From assembly GCA_035291905.1 (NCBI GenBank), contig DATDRF010000103.1, positions 2,805 to 66,804 of the forward strand: a DNA stretch of 64,000 nt. Direction: 5' to 3'. A model generated the notes under the pieces. That model worked only from the letters and a program-made list of their open reading frames with translations, made no database searches and was not told where the DNA came from. Below, piece after piece: positions 9,514-19,241 of this stretch. The stretch comes from Bacteroidota bacterium (GTDB lineage: Bacteria > Bacteroidota > Ignavibacteria > UBA10030). Both the position numbers and the translations under genes were made by a program. Each line of letters begins with the position of its first letter. Positions within the stretch are counted from its first letter, which is position 1.

Positions 9514-11703
9514 ATGATCAACGGACAATACAAGAAGAAGCTCGACGACCTGATCGCCGTCTGCCAGAGGAATCTGAGAGTGGTGGATGTCGACCTCATT
9601 ACGCGGGCTTTTTCCATGAGTCTCGAAGCGCACAAGCACGACCTGCGCGCATCCGGAGAGCCGTATTTTCACCACCCCTATGAAGTTGCGATGGTGGTTG
9701 CCAAGGAGGTCGCGTTGGACGATGTGTCGGTCGCCGCTGCATTGCTCCACGACGTCGTTGAAGACACGCGGTTCAGTCTCAAGGACATCAAGGAGGAGTT
9801 TGGCCCGACGATCGCGGAAATTGTCGACGGTGCCACGAAAATCAGCGACATCTTCAGAAGCCACGAAGTGACCCAGGCTGAGAACTATCGCAAGCTGCTT
9901 CTCTCCATGGTCAACGATATCAGGGTGATGCTCATCAAGTTTGCCGATCGTCTCCACAATATGCGGACCCTGGAATATCTCTCTCCTGAGAAGCAGGAAC
10001 GTCTCGCGCGGGAAACGCTTGAAATATATGCCCCGTTTGCACATCGATTCGGATTGGCAAAAGTGAAATGGGAATTGGAAGACCTGTCGTTCAAGTATCT
10101 CAATCCCAAAGAGTACGACGAAATCGCCAGGCAGCTGAAGTCACACAGGCGGGAACGGGAAAACTATATCAAGAAATTCAGCGCGCCGATCAACAAGCGC
10201 CTCGGTGACGAGAATTTCGAATATGAGATGGAGGGGCGACCGAAACACCTGTACAGTATCTATCAGAAAATGCTTCGCCGCAAGAAACCCCTCGATGAGA
10301 TCTACGATCTTTTTGCCGTTCGCTTCATCCTCGATACCAAGGATAACAACGACTGCTTCATCGCATACGGGATTATCACAGAGCTCTACAAGCCGATTCC
10401 GGAACGGTTCAAGGACTATATCTCGTTGCCGAAGAAGAACGGATATCAGTCGATCCACACGACGGTGGTAGGTCCGCACGGTAAACTGGTGGAAGTACAG
10501 ATTCGCACAAAAGGAATGCACGAGATCGCCGAAAAAGGAGTCGCCGCCCACTGGATGTACAAGGAGAGCAAGTCATCGCTGGACAAGGAACTGGAGGGAT
10601 GGATCAACTGGGTAAGGGAGATTTTCGAGCAAAAGAGCGATGATGCCCCGAAAGAGCTCATGGAGAGTTTCAAACTCAACCTTTACCAGGATGAGATCTA
10701 CGTCTTCACGCCGAAGGGCGATCTGAAGATTCTGCCGCGCAATGCCACTCCGCTCGACTTTGCCTTTGAGATTCATTCGAACGTCGGTTTCCACTGCATC
10801 GGGGCAAAGGTGAACGGAAGAATCGTACCGCTCAACTCCCTGTTACGCAGCGGAGATCAGGTCGAGATCATAACATCCAAAACTCAGGCCCCTAATCCGG
10901 ACTGGGAAAAATATGTCGTTACGCACAAAGCGAAAAGTCACATCAGAAGATGGATTCGGGAAGAGGTGCGAAAGCGCGTGGAGCAGGGCCGTGCGTTATG
11001 GGAGAAGAAAATCAAGAAACAGAAGGTCCATGTCAATGAGGACGATTTGCTGAAACTCGTGCGGTCTGTTCATATTGACAATCTGCAGCAGTTCTATCTC
11101 TCGCTTCTGGATGAAGGAGTCGATTCCGACACTTTGATAGAACAGCTCGTAATGAGATTGAAACATCCTGAATCGGTGGAATCGGGAAGAAGCAAAGACA
11201 TGCCCCGCTCTCTCTTTACAAAGTTTGTGGATACGGCACGGGATATCGCAAGCGGGATCTCGATTCTCGGAACCAGCGACTCGTTCATGCATCAATACGC
11301 AAAATGCTGCAATCCCATTCCCGGTGACGAGATCGTCGGCTTTGTCACGGTCGGGGAGGGAATCAAGATCCATAAGAAAGACTGCAAGAATATCGTCATG
11401 CTCCGGCTGGCGGAGAGTGAACGCATTGTCGATGTCGAATGGCCGAAAGCACAAGGGGCCGATTTTCTGGTGGCGATTCGTATCTCCGGAAAAGACCGGA
11501 CGGGACTCCTCAGCGATGTGACGCACGCAATTTCCAACGTGCAGAATACCAACATCAGAAGCGTGAATATGGATTCGAAGGGCTCACTGTTCGACGGTCA
11601 GATCATTCTCTATGTCAAGAACACTGATCATCTGACAAAGATCGTCGACAAAATAAAGAAGGTCGCTGGGATTGAAGAGGTGGAGCGCTTTCAGGGACAT
11701 TAG
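9514..11703 (+). CDS. rel: Bifunctional (p)ppGpp synthetase/hydrolase Rel/SpoT (HD, synthetase, TGS, ACT domains)
   Basis: HD hydrolase motif HHPYEVAMVV...LLHDVVEDT, synthetase region YQSIHTTVVGPHGKLVEVQIRT, TGS (YVFTPKGDLKILP) and C-terminal ACT; 729 aa. Confidence 0.9.
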   Translation: MINGQYKKKLDDLIAVCQRNLRVVDVDLITRAFSMSLEAHKHDLRASGEPYFHHPYEVAMVVAKEVALDDVSVAAALLHDVVEDTRFSLKDIKEEFGPTIAEIVDGATKISDIFRSHEVTQAENYRKLLLSMVNDIRVMLIKFADRLHNMRTLEYLSPEKQERLARETLEIYAPFAHRFGLAKVKWELEDLSFKYLNPKEYDEIARQLKSHRRERENYIKKFSAPINKRLGDENFEYEMEGRPKHLYSIYQKMLRRKKPLDEIYDLFAVRFILDTKDNNDCFIAYGIITELYKPIPERFKDYISLPKKNGYQSIHTTVVGPHGKLVEVQIRTKGMHEIAEKGVAAHWMYKESKSSLDKELEGWINWVREIFEQKSDDAPKELMESFKLNLYQDEIYVFTPKGDLKILPRNATPLDFAFEIHSNVGFHCIGAKVNGRIVPLNSLLRSGDQVEIITSKTQAPNPDWEKYVVTHKAKSHIRRWIREEVRKRVEQGRALWEKKIKKQKVHVNEDDLLKLVRSVHIDNLQQFYLSLLDEGVDSDTLIEQLVMRLKHPESVESGRSKDMPRSLFTKFVDTARDIASGISILGTSDSFMHQYAKCCNPIPGDEIVGFVTVGEGIKIHKKDCKNIVMLRLAESERIVDVEWPKAQGADFLVAIRISGKDRTGLLSDVTHAISNVQNTNIRSVNMDSKGSLFDGQIILYVKNTDHLTKIVDKIKKVAGIEEVERFQGH

Positions 11704-11706
11704 CGG

Positions 11707-12150
11707 ATGAACAACGATCAGGGACGAATTCTGGGGATAGACTATGGGACGCGGCGGATCGGTTTGGCGATCAGCGATCCGCTGCGTATTCTAGCCACCT
11801 CGTACGGAGTGCTGCTGAACGGACCTGAGGTTGTCAAAGAAATAGACGCCATATTGGAACGAGAAAAGATTGCCGTGATCGTTGTGGGAATGCCTTTGAG
11901 CCTCAGCGGGAAGAAGACGGCAAAAGCTCATGAGGTCGAGGCCTTCGTTGAGACGGTGCGGAAAGGATGCCGGGCTGAAGTGGTGTTTTGGGATGAACGG
12001 TTCACGACTTCGATGGCGCGCCGGTCACTGTTGACAATGGGGACGAAGAAGAAAGAGAGACAGGACAAAAGCGGAAGAATCGACTCGATGGCTGCCGCCA
12101 TCATGCTTCAGGGGTTTCTCGACAGTACAAAGAAATCAATGAGCTGCTGA
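11707..12150 (+). CDS. ruvX: Holliday-junction resolvase-like YqgF/RuvX
   Basis: ILGIDYGTRRIGLAISD N-terminal RNase H-like motif; 147 aa. Confidence 0.85.
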   Translation: MNNDQGRILGIDYGTRRIGLAISDPLRILATSYGVLLNGPEVVKEIDAILEREKIAVIVVGMPLSLSGKKTAKAHEVEAFVETVRKGCRAEVVFWDERFTTSMARRSLLTMGTKKKERQDKSGRIDSMAAAIMLQGFLDSTKKSMSC

Positions 12151-12152
12151 TC

Positions 12153-13085
12153 ATGGACATCGGAGAGCCTGAACAACAGTCCGATTTGCAGATCGAGGAG
12201 CCTCCTCGCCGCACGTGGCAGGGATCTGTCAAACGTAAGTGGCTGCTCTTGTTGGGCATTGCGCTGGGAATGTGGTTTTTGGTGGAACTTGTGACGCTTC
12301 CCTTCGGCCCGATCGTGCAGTTGGAGAAAGAGAATCCGCGTGAAACCGCCTTCATGATTGAACAGGCTGAAGAGGCGCATAAATCTGGGAGAAGGTTCCG
12401 TGTCGTCCAGAAATGGGTTCCGTTGTCACAAGTGCCGAAGGATGTCGTCAATGCCGTGATTGTTGCGGAGGACGGTCTGTTCTGGAGTCACAGCGGGTTT
12501 GACTGGTTTGAATTCAAAGAGTCGATGGAACGAAATCTTACAGAAGGCCGCGCTGTGCGGGGTGCAAGCACGATCACGCAGCAACTCGTGAAGAATCTCT
12601 ACCTTTCTCCTTCCAAGAATCCACTGCGCAAAATGCGCGAATGGGTCCTCACCTGGTGGATGGAGCAGAATCTCACGAAAAGCAGGATTCTTGAGATCTA
12701 CCTGAATGTCATCGAGTGGGGAAGGGGTATCTACGGAATCGGAGCGGCCGCCCAATGGTACTTTGGAAAACCGGTCAACGAACTTACGAGGGAAGAAGGT
12801 ATACGGCTGGCGGCGGTGATTCCAAATCCGACGCAACGTGGAGCGAATGATGAATCGAACTACATGCAGCGACGAATGGCGATTATTCTCAAACGGATGG
12901 CCGCGCGGGGAATGGTGAAGGATAGCATCGACGCAATGATGAAAGACAGCGTCGAGCAAATGATGGAAGACAGTGTTGAGCAAATGATGGAAGACAGTAT
13001 CAATGTAATACCGATAGACAGCCTTGATGGAATGGCGAAAGACAGCCTTGATGGAATGGCGAAAGACAGCCTCGATGGACTATAA
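12153..13085 (+). CDS. mtgA: Monofunctional biosynthetic peptidoglycan transglycosylase (GT51) with N-terminal membrane anchor and unusual repetitive C-terminal tail
   Basis: GT51 motifs AVIVAEDGLFWSHSGFDW, RGASTITQQLVKNLYLS, RKMREWVLTWWMEQ; TM helix WLLLLGIALGMWFLVELV; last ~60 aa are 9-aa tandem repeats (KDSVEQMME x2, DSLDGMAK x2.5). Confidence 0.8.
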   Translation: MDIGEPEQQSDLQIEEPPRRTWQGSVKRKWLLLLGIALGMWFLVELVTLPFGPIVQLEKENPRETAFMIEQAEEAHKSGRRFRVVQKWVPLSQVPKDVVNAVIVAEDGLFWSHSGFDWFEFKESMERNLTEGRAVRGASTITQQLVKNLYLSPSKNPLRKMREWVLTWWMEQNLTKSRILEIYLNVIEWGRGIYGIGAAAQWYFGKPVNELTREEGIRLAAVIPNPTQRGANDESNYMQRRMAIILKRMAARGMVKDSIDAMMKDSVEQMMEDSVEQMMEDSINVIPIDSLDGMAKDSLDGMAKDSLDGL

Positions 13086-13087
13086 AG
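12931..13087 (+). repeat. Tandem array of about six 27-bp units (each beginning GACAG), two sub-families
   Basis: GACAG recurs at 12940, 12964, 12991, 13018, 13045, 13072. Units gacagtgttgagcaaatgatggaa (x2) and gacagccttgatggaatggcgaaa (x2, plus a truncated third unit gacagcctcgatgga) are near-identical at DNA level. Confidence 0.8.
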
Positions 13088-13734
13088 ACATTGATACACT
13101 CCTCGATGAGGGAGAGGGATTTCAGGTCGAATTCAAGCGGAAGGTCTCTACTGCCGAAAAGATTGCCCGGACCCTCATTGCCTTTGCCAACACGAAAGGC
13201 GGTACCATCGTTTTCGGCGTGGACGATGATAAATCCATTGTCGGTGTCGACAGCGAGAAGGCCGAGATAGAAATGATTCAGACCGCGGGTGGTTTTCTGT
13301 GCGATCCGCCGATCGAAATGCAGGTCGACATCATCCCGTATAGGGGAAAAGATGTTGTTGCGGTGACGGTCGAGGAAAGCAAGGTCAAGCCTCATTATCT
13401 CGTCGGTAAAGCAAACGGGTCCGATGATGCCGATTCAAAAGTACTCATTCGGGTGAAGGACAAGACGGTGGTTGCCAGCAAAGAGGTGATAAGAATTCTT
13501 GAAGCGGAAAATCCGGAAGCCCCTCCGCTGAGAATTGCCATAGGCGAGGTTGAACGTCGGCTTTTGGATCACCTGGATAAGAGCGACAGGATTACCGTGA
13601 AGGAATTCAGCAAGCTTGTCAACATTTCGCATCGACGGGCATCACGGACGCTTATTCAACTTGTGAGGGCGGGAGTGCTGAGGATTCACACACATGAAAA
13701 AGAAGACTTCTACACCCTGGCGTTTGATCAATGA
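13075..13734 (+). CDS. AlbA_2 (Schlafen-like, divergent AAA) domain protein with C-terminal winged-helix; putative transcriptional regulator
   Basis: DTLLDEGEGFQVEFKRK...KIARTLIAFANTKGGTIVFGVDD is the AlbA_2 signature; C-terminal ITVKEFSKLVNISHRRASRTLIQLV looks HTH-like. ATG 13075 chosen (track start 13024 lies inside the tandem repeat). Confidence 0.6.
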   Translation: MDYKDIDTLLDEGEGFQVEFKRKVSTAEKIARTLIAFANTKGGTIVFGVDDDKSIVGVDSEKAEIEMIQTAGGFLCDPPIEMQVDIIPYRGKDVVAVTVEESKVKPHYLVGKANGSDDADSKVLIRVKDKTVVASKEVIRILEAENPEAPPLRIAIGEVERRLLDHLDKSDRITVKEFSKLVNISHRRASRTLIQLVRAGVLRIHTHEKEDFYTLAFDQ

Positions 13735-14309
13735 TTGCCTGCCTCCCTCCAGACCCGGGAGAAGTGAAAGACCGCAATACCGTAGGCGACCGAGACATTG
13801 AGTGAATGTTTCTTTCCGTGCATCGGAATGTCGATCGCAAAATCACAAAGCCTGATCAGGGATGGGGAAACCCCCGTGACTTCGTTCCCCAGGACGAGAC
13901 AAAGGGGGAAGTCCTTCTTTGTGACGTCGAAATACGGAATGCTTTGATCGGTTTGTTCCAGGCAGCAGATCTTCAAACCTTCCGACTTGAGCGTCTTCAG
14001 CGATTCAACGGGATCGTTCGTGTGGGACCAGGGGACGTTCGACGTTGCACCCAGGGCCGTCTTTTCAATTTCCTTTCGCGGCGGGGTGGGTGTATAGCCG
14101 CCGAGGAGGAGATGCTGAACCAAAACGCCGTCGGAAGTGCGAAAGATTGAGCCGATGTTGTAGAGACTCCGGACATTGTCGACGAGAACCGTGAGGGGAA
14201 GTCGATCCGGCCGTTGAACAGGTTCGTTTTCTTGTCTTTTTTGGGAAATTTCATCTGTGCTGAGCTTCCTCATGCTGCAAAGGTATCTGTATTTCCCCGA
14301 AAATGGCAA
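13728..14309 (-). CDS. SpoU/TrmH-family RNA 2'-O-methyltransferase
   Basis: SPOUT motifs LVLGNEVTGVS and HSLNVSVAYGIAVFH; alternative ATG at 14273 (MRKLS...) possible. Only minus-strand CDS in the window. Confidence 0.7.
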   Translation of the reverse strand: MPFSGKYRYLCSMRKLSTDEISQKRQENEPVQRPDRLPLTVLVDNVRSLYNIGSIFRTSDGVLVQHLLLGGYTPTPPRKEIEKTALGATSNVPWSHTNDPVESLKTLKSEGLKICCLEQTDQSIPYFDVTKKDFPLCLVLGNEVTGVSPSLIRLCDFAIDIPMHGKKHSLNVSVAYGIAVFHFSRVWREAGNH

Positions 14310-14401
14310 GGTTGCCTTAGGGTTAAATTGGGAGAATGTGAATGAAAGTTGCCTGCCACGCAGGATTTTGCTATATTTCTAGACAATAGAGTTTTGGGTA
14401 C

Positions 14402-15076
14402 TTGAAGAATATCGTCATTGCCATCGACGGGCCCGCGGCAGCGGGAAAGAGCACAACCGCCCGACGGGTCGCCAAGATCCTGGGATATCTTCATATTGAC
14501 ACTGGAGCGATGTACAGGGCTCTTACGCTGAAGGTGTTGCAGGCGAAGGTTCCGCTGGGATCAGCCGCTGAGATCCAGAAGCTTAGCGAGGCAACGACCG
14601 TCCGCCTCGAACGCCGCGACGGAGAAAACAGAGTTCTTGTTGACGGGCACGATGTCACTGCCGATATCAGGACCCCGGCGGTGACGAAAGCCGTCAGCAA
14701 GATCAGCAGCTATGCCTTTGTCCGACAAGTCATGGTGCGGGAACAAAGGAAGCTGGCTCAGGCCGGCGGGGTTGTCCTCGAAGGGAGAGACATTGGGACG
14801 GTTGTTCTCCCGGACGCCGATTTGAAAATTTTCATGGTTGCGAACGTTGCCGAGCGGGCAAAACGCCGGAAAAAAGAACTTGCGGAAGCCGGAGTAGAAG
14901 TCGACGAAGAGACGCTGGTTGATGAGATCAACAAAAGAGACCGGCAGGACACCACAAGGGAAGTAAGCCCGCTCCGTAAGGCACCTGATGCCATTGAACT
15001 CGATACTTCCTCGATGACAATCGAGGCCCAGGTTCAATTCATTGTCAACAAAGCGCAAGAGAGGCTGAACACGTGA
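14402..15076 (+). CDS. cmk: Cytidylate kinase
   Basis: IVIAIDGPAAAGKSTTARRVAKILGYLHIDTGAMYRA; start is TTG per the track frame. Confidence 0.8.
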   Translation: MKNIVIAIDGPAAAGKSTTARRVAKILGYLHIDTGAMYRALTLKVLQAKVPLGSAAEIQKLSEATTVRLERRDGENRVLVDGHDVTADIRTPAVTKAVSKISSYAFVRQVMVREQRKLAQAGGVVLEGRDIGTVVLPDADLKIFMVANVAERAKRRKKELAEAGVEVDEETLVDEINKRDRQDTTREVSPLRKAPDAIELDTSSMTIEAQVQFIVNKAQERLNT

Positions 15077-15966
15077 AGGTCACTGTCGATAAGTTCTCGG
15101 GCTTCTGCTGGGGAGTGGTCCGAACGATTGAGATCGCAGAGCAGGAGCTTGAGGAGGGAAAACCCCTCTATTCCCTCGGAGAGATCATTCATAATCCGAT
15201 GGAAATCGAACGACTCGGTGAAAAAGGGCTCACAACGATCGACAGGGGGGATTTCGAAAGATTGAAGGGCGCCAAGGTCCTTGTTCGGGCACATGGAGAG
15301 CCGCCCGAGACGTACAAGCACGCGAGGGATCTCGGCATAACGATTATTGACGCTACGTGCCCCGTCGTGACAAAGGTGCAGGAGCGGATAAGAAAGTTCC
15401 ACCTTGACGGCTACCAGGTCGTGGTTTTTGGAAAGAAAGACCACGCGGAAGTCGTCGGCCTCGTGGGTCAGACAAACGGCGAGGCGATCGTCGTGAGGTC
15501 TGAAAAGGAACTGGACGGCATCAGGCTCGACAGGAAGACAGTTCTCTTCTCTCAAACGACGATGGACAAGCCGGCGTTTCATCGATTGAAGGAAGAGCTT
15601 CAAAAACGGATTAAAGACCTCGTCGTCGGTTCGATTGAAGATGAAGCGATCGAGTTTCATGCAAAGGATACGATTTGCGGGCAGGTCTCGGGAAGAGACA
15701 AGAAATTACGGGAATTTGCGCGGAGCAACGATGTTGTGATCTTCGTGGCAGGAAAACACAGTTCCAACGGAAAGGTCCTCTTCGATATAGCAAAAGAGGA
15801 GAATCCGAAGACATTTTTTATCGAACGCGCGTCGGAGATCTGCCGTGAATGGTTCGACGGTGCGGAAACTGTCGGAATAAGCGGGGCGACTTCAACGCCG
15901 CAATGGCTTATGGAACAGGTCAAGGTTGCGATTGAGCATTTGGTACCTCAACCTGCAACGGTCTGA
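15073..15966 (+). CDS. ispH: 4-hydroxy-3-methylbut-2-enyl diphosphate reductase
   Basis: GFCWGV, DATCPVVTKV, conserved Cys ligands; GTGA overlap with cmk. Confidence 0.9.
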   Translation: MKVTVDKFSGFCWGVVRTIEIAEQELEEGKPLYSLGEIIHNPMEIERLGEKGLTTIDRGDFERLKGAKVLVRAHGEPPETYKHARDLGITIIDATCPVVTKVQERIRKFHLDGYQVVVFGKKDHAEVVGLVGQTNGEAIVVRSEKELDGIRLDRKTVLFSQTTMDKPAFHRLKEELQKRIKDLVVGSIEDEAIEFHAKDTICGQVSGRDKKLREFARSNDVVIFVAGKHSSNGKVLFDIAKEENPKTFFIERASEICREWFDGAETVGISGATSTPQWLMEQVKVAIEHLVPQPATV

Positions 15967-16106
15967 GAATTTTAGTCATCAATAATCCACTAACATATAA
16001 CACTTGCATTCTCATGCTGAATTGCCGGATGGCGCATTCCCGATGACTGACTGCGTTCCGCAACAAGGCATGATCCGTTAACGCGGGTAATGTTGTAGGA
16101 GGTTGA

Positions 16107-17855
16107 ATGGTAGAGGCACAAAGCGGCACGAAAGACATGGACGAGCGGGAATATTCCGAATCTGAATACAAGGAACTTACCAAGCTCTACGAAAGCACCC
16201 TGAATTCCATCAGCGAGGGTGAGATTGTCAAAGGGAAGGTCGTTCACATAGCGGATAATCAGGTTACCGTTGATATCGGCTTCAAATCGGAAGGTACAAT
16301 TCCGGCGAGCGAGTTCCCACATATCAAGGAAATGAAGATCGGGGATGTGATTGAGGTTTTTCTTGAATCCGTCGAAAATAAAGACGGCCAGCTGATTTTG
16401 TCTCGCAAACGTGCTGACTTCATGCGAGTATGGGAGAGAGTCGTCAAATCGTTTGAAACCGGAGAAGTCCTCAAGGGCCGGTGCATGCGGAGAACGAAAG
16501 GCGGAATCGTCGTGGACCTTCTCGGTATTGATGCGTTCCTGCCGGGGTCTCAGATCGACGTGCGTCCTGTCAGGGATTTCGATGCATTTATCGGTCGAGA
16601 AATGGAGTTTAGAGTTGTGAAGGTGAACCATCCGTCCGAAAACGTGGTGGTGAGCCATAAGGTGCTGGTGGAAGAAGAGCTGGCCGGGCAGCGTAAGGCT
16701 ATCCTTGACAGCCTCGAGAAGGGCCAGATCCTGGAAGGTCACGTCAAAGCAATAACGGACTTCGGCGTTTTTGTGGACCTCGGCGGAGTGGACGGTCTCG
16801 TTCACATTACAGACCTCTCCTGGGGCCGGGTGAATCACCCGTCGGAAGTCGTCAAACTTGACCAGACCATCAACGTTGTCGTCCTGGATTTTGATCAGGA
16901 GAAGAAGAGAATTTCCCTTGGATTGAAGCAGCTCCTGCCTCATCCGTGGGAGAATATAGAGACCAAGTACCCCGTTGGCACCAAGGTGAAGGGTAAAGTG
17001 GTTTCTCTCACCGACTATGGAGCATTCGTCGAAATTGAAAAAGGAATCGAGGGGCTCATCCACATTTCCGAAATGAGCTGGACCCAGCATGTGAAGCATC
17101 CTTCCCAGATGGTTTCCATGGGACAGTTTATCGATGCCGTGATTCTTTCTCTCGACAAGGATGGGAAGAAGATTTCGCTCGGCATGAAACAGCTTGAGCC
17201 GGATCCGTGGAATACGCTGCTGCAGAAATACCCGGTGGGATCCCGCCACGTGGGTGCGGTCCGCAACCTCACGAATTTCGGCGTGTTTGTCGAGCTGGAA
17301 GAGGGTGTCGACGGATTGGTCCATATCTCCGATCTCTCGTGGACCAAGAAAATACGTCACCCGGGCGAAGTGGTGAAGAAAGGGGACAAAATCGACGTTG
17401 TGATTCTCAATATCGACGTCGATCAGCGTCGCATCTCCCTTGGGCACAAGCAAATCCAGGGGAATCCGTGGGATGCATTCGAAGCGGCCTACAAGGTCGG
17501 CACGGAGATCGAAGAGAGCAAGATCGTTCGGATCATTGAAAAGGGCGTGATCGTCGAGCTCCCGATGGGCGTCGACGGATTCGTCCCGCTTTCTCAGATT
17601 TCCCAGACTCCGGTCAAGAGCATCAACGAGTCCTTCAAGCTCGGTGATTCTCTGCCACTCAAGGTCATTGAGTTCGACAAGGACAGCAAGAAGATCGTCC
17701 TCTCAGTCCTCGAGTTCCTTCGGGGTAAGGAACAGAAACTGGTCGACGATTACGTGAACAATCACAAGCTCTCCCCGATGACTCTCAAGGACATGATGGC
17801 GGCGTCTGTGGGCGGTACGGAAACAACGTTTTCCGAAGATCTCAATTCTCACTAA
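16107..17855 (+). CDS. rpsA: 30S ribosomal protein S1 (six S1 domains)
   Basis: Repeated S1 motifs (GxV..I.dfGaFV.l..g..GLvHiSe); AGGAGG 7 nt upstream; 582 aa. Confidence 0.9.
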   Translation: MVEAQSGTKDMDEREYSESEYKELTKLYESTLNSISEGEIVKGKVVHIADNQVTVDIGFKSEGTIPASEFPHIKEMKIGDVIEVFLESVENKDGQLILSRKRADFMRVWERVVKSFETGEVLKGRCMRRTKGGIVVDLLGIDAFLPGSQIDVRPVRDFDAFIGREMEFRVVKVNHPSENVVVSHKVLVEEELAGQRKAILDSLEKGQILEGHVKAITDFGVFVDLGGVDGLVHITDLSWGRVNHPSEVVKLDQTINVVVLDFDQEKKRISLGLKQLLPHPWENIETKYPVGTKVKGKVVSLTDYGAFVEIEKGIEGLIHISEMSWTQHVKHPSQMVSMGQFIDAVILSLDKDGKKISLGMKQLEPDPWNTLLQKYPVGSRHVGAVRNLTNFGVFVELEEGVDGLVHISDLSWTKKIRHPGEVVKKGDKIDVVILNIDVDQRRISLGHKQIQGNPWDAFEAAYKVGTEIEESKIVRIIEKGVIVELPMGVDGFVPLSQISQTPVKSINESFKLGDSLPLKVIEFDKDSKKIVLSVLEFLRGKEQKLVDDYVNNHKLSPMTLKDMMAASVGGTETTFSEDLNSH

Positions 17856-17915
17856 GATTCATGGAAAACAGGGAAAGAGTTGTTCGAGTACTTCGGACAA
17901 CTCTTTTTCATATTC

Positions 17916-19241
17916 ATGGGTAGAGTCGCTCTCCATACACTGGGCTGCAAGCTGAATTTTGCTGAAACCGCCACGATTGCCCGGCAGTTCACTCAGCGCG
18001 GCTTTGAAGTTGTCGATTTCGGCAAACCGGCCGATGTCGTGGTCCTCAATACCTGCACTGTTACGGAAAAGGCTGATCGCGAATGCCGCCAGCTCGTCCG
18101 GCGGGCATTGAGGCGCTCGCCCGATGCCTTCGTGATCGTCACGGGATGCTATGCCCAACTCCAGCCGGAGCAGATCGCCTCTATCAAGGGGGTCGATCTT
18201 GTCCTTGGTTCAAAGGAAAAATTCAGCGTTTTCGATCACGGAGTGTTTGTCAAGAGAACGATTCCCGACATTCGCGTGTCGTCTCTCGCTGCGGCTGATT
18301 CCGTGGCGATGGCCGATTCTTCCGGATATGACGACCGCACGCGCGCATTTCTGAAGATACAGGACGGCTGTGACTACCATTGTTCGTTTTGCACAATCCC
18401 TCTCGCACGAGGCTCAAGCCGCAGCGCGCCGGTTTTCGAAGTGATCGCTCGCGCCCGAGAAATCGCAGAAAAGGGATACAAGGAGGTTGTGCTCACGGGC
18501 GTGAACGTCGGTGACTACCAGTCGGGCAACAGCGAGAAGCTCATCGATGTTCTTCGGGCACTGGAGTTCGTTGACGGAATCGAAAGAATCAGGATCAGCT
18601 CCGTTGAACCGAATCTTCTGAACGATGACCTGCTTCGATACTGGCTTGATTCGCGCAAGGTGTGCAATCATTTTCACATCCCCCTCCAGTCGGGATCGGA
18701 TCCGGTTCTGAAGAGTATGCGAAGGAGATACAACCGGGATTGGTATGCCGGAAGGATGGCCGCCATCAAGGCAGCAGACCCCGATGCAGGGATTGGTGCC
18801 GACGTCATCGTGGGTTTCCCGGGCGAAACTGACGCCTTGTTCGATGAGACATATCAATTTCTTGTGGATCAACCCCTTTCGTATCTTCATGTTTTTAGTT
18901 ATTCTGAGCGTAGTAATACCACGGCAGTCCGTCTCGATGACAAAGTTGATCCGAAGGTCAGGAATGAACGAAGTGAACGGTTGCGGATCCTGAGCGAGAA
19001 GAAGAGACGGGCCTTCTACGAAGGTCTGAAAGGGAGAAGGGTCAGGGTTTTGTTCGAGTCTCCTTTGCACGACGGAATTCAGACGGGGCTGACCGAAGAA
19101 TACGCCAGGATTCACGCACGCTGGGACGAATCGCTCGAGAATCGGATGAGAAACGTTCTGGTGAATGAGATCCGTGGCGGGGATTGTATCGGAGATATTA
19201 TGAGTCAGGCGGATGTACGCAAAGAAAGTCTGGTTGCATGA
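17916..19241 (+). CDS. mtaB: tRNA t6A37 methylthiotransferase MtaB-like radical SAM enzyme (MTTase N-domain, radical SAM, TRAM)
   Basis: VALHTLGCKLNFAET (MtaB-type N-terminus), radical SAM CDYHCSFCTIPLARG, C-terminal TRAM-like region; ATG at 17916. Confidence 0.8.
   Translation: MGRVALHTLGCKLNFAETATIARQFTQRGFEVVDFGKPADVVVLNTCTVTEKADRECRQLVRRALRRSPDAFVIVTGCYAQLQPEQIASIKGVDLVLGSKEKFSVFDHGVFVKRTIPDIRVSSLAAADSVAMADSSGYDDRTRAFLKIQDGCDYHCSFCTIPLARGSSRSAPVFEVIARAREIAEKGYKEVVLTGVNVGDYQSGNSEKLIDVLRALEFVDGIERIRISSVEPNLLNDDLLRYWLDSRKVCNHFHIPLQSGSDPVLKSMRRRYNRDWYAGRMAAIKAADPDAGIGADVIVGFPGETDALFDETYQFLVDQPLSYLHVFSYSERSNTTAVRLDDKVDPKVRNERSERLRILSEKKRRAFYEGLKGRRVRVLFESPLHDGIQTGLTEEYARIHARWDESLENRMRNVLVNEIRGGDCIGDIMSQADVRKESLVA

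Noticed and set aside
15990-17453. 487-aa minus-strand ORF in the six-frame track.
   Set aside because: It lies entirely antisense to rpsA (16107..17855), whose six S1 domains are unmistakable. It is a long shadow ORF of the kind common at this GC content and has no recognisable motifs.
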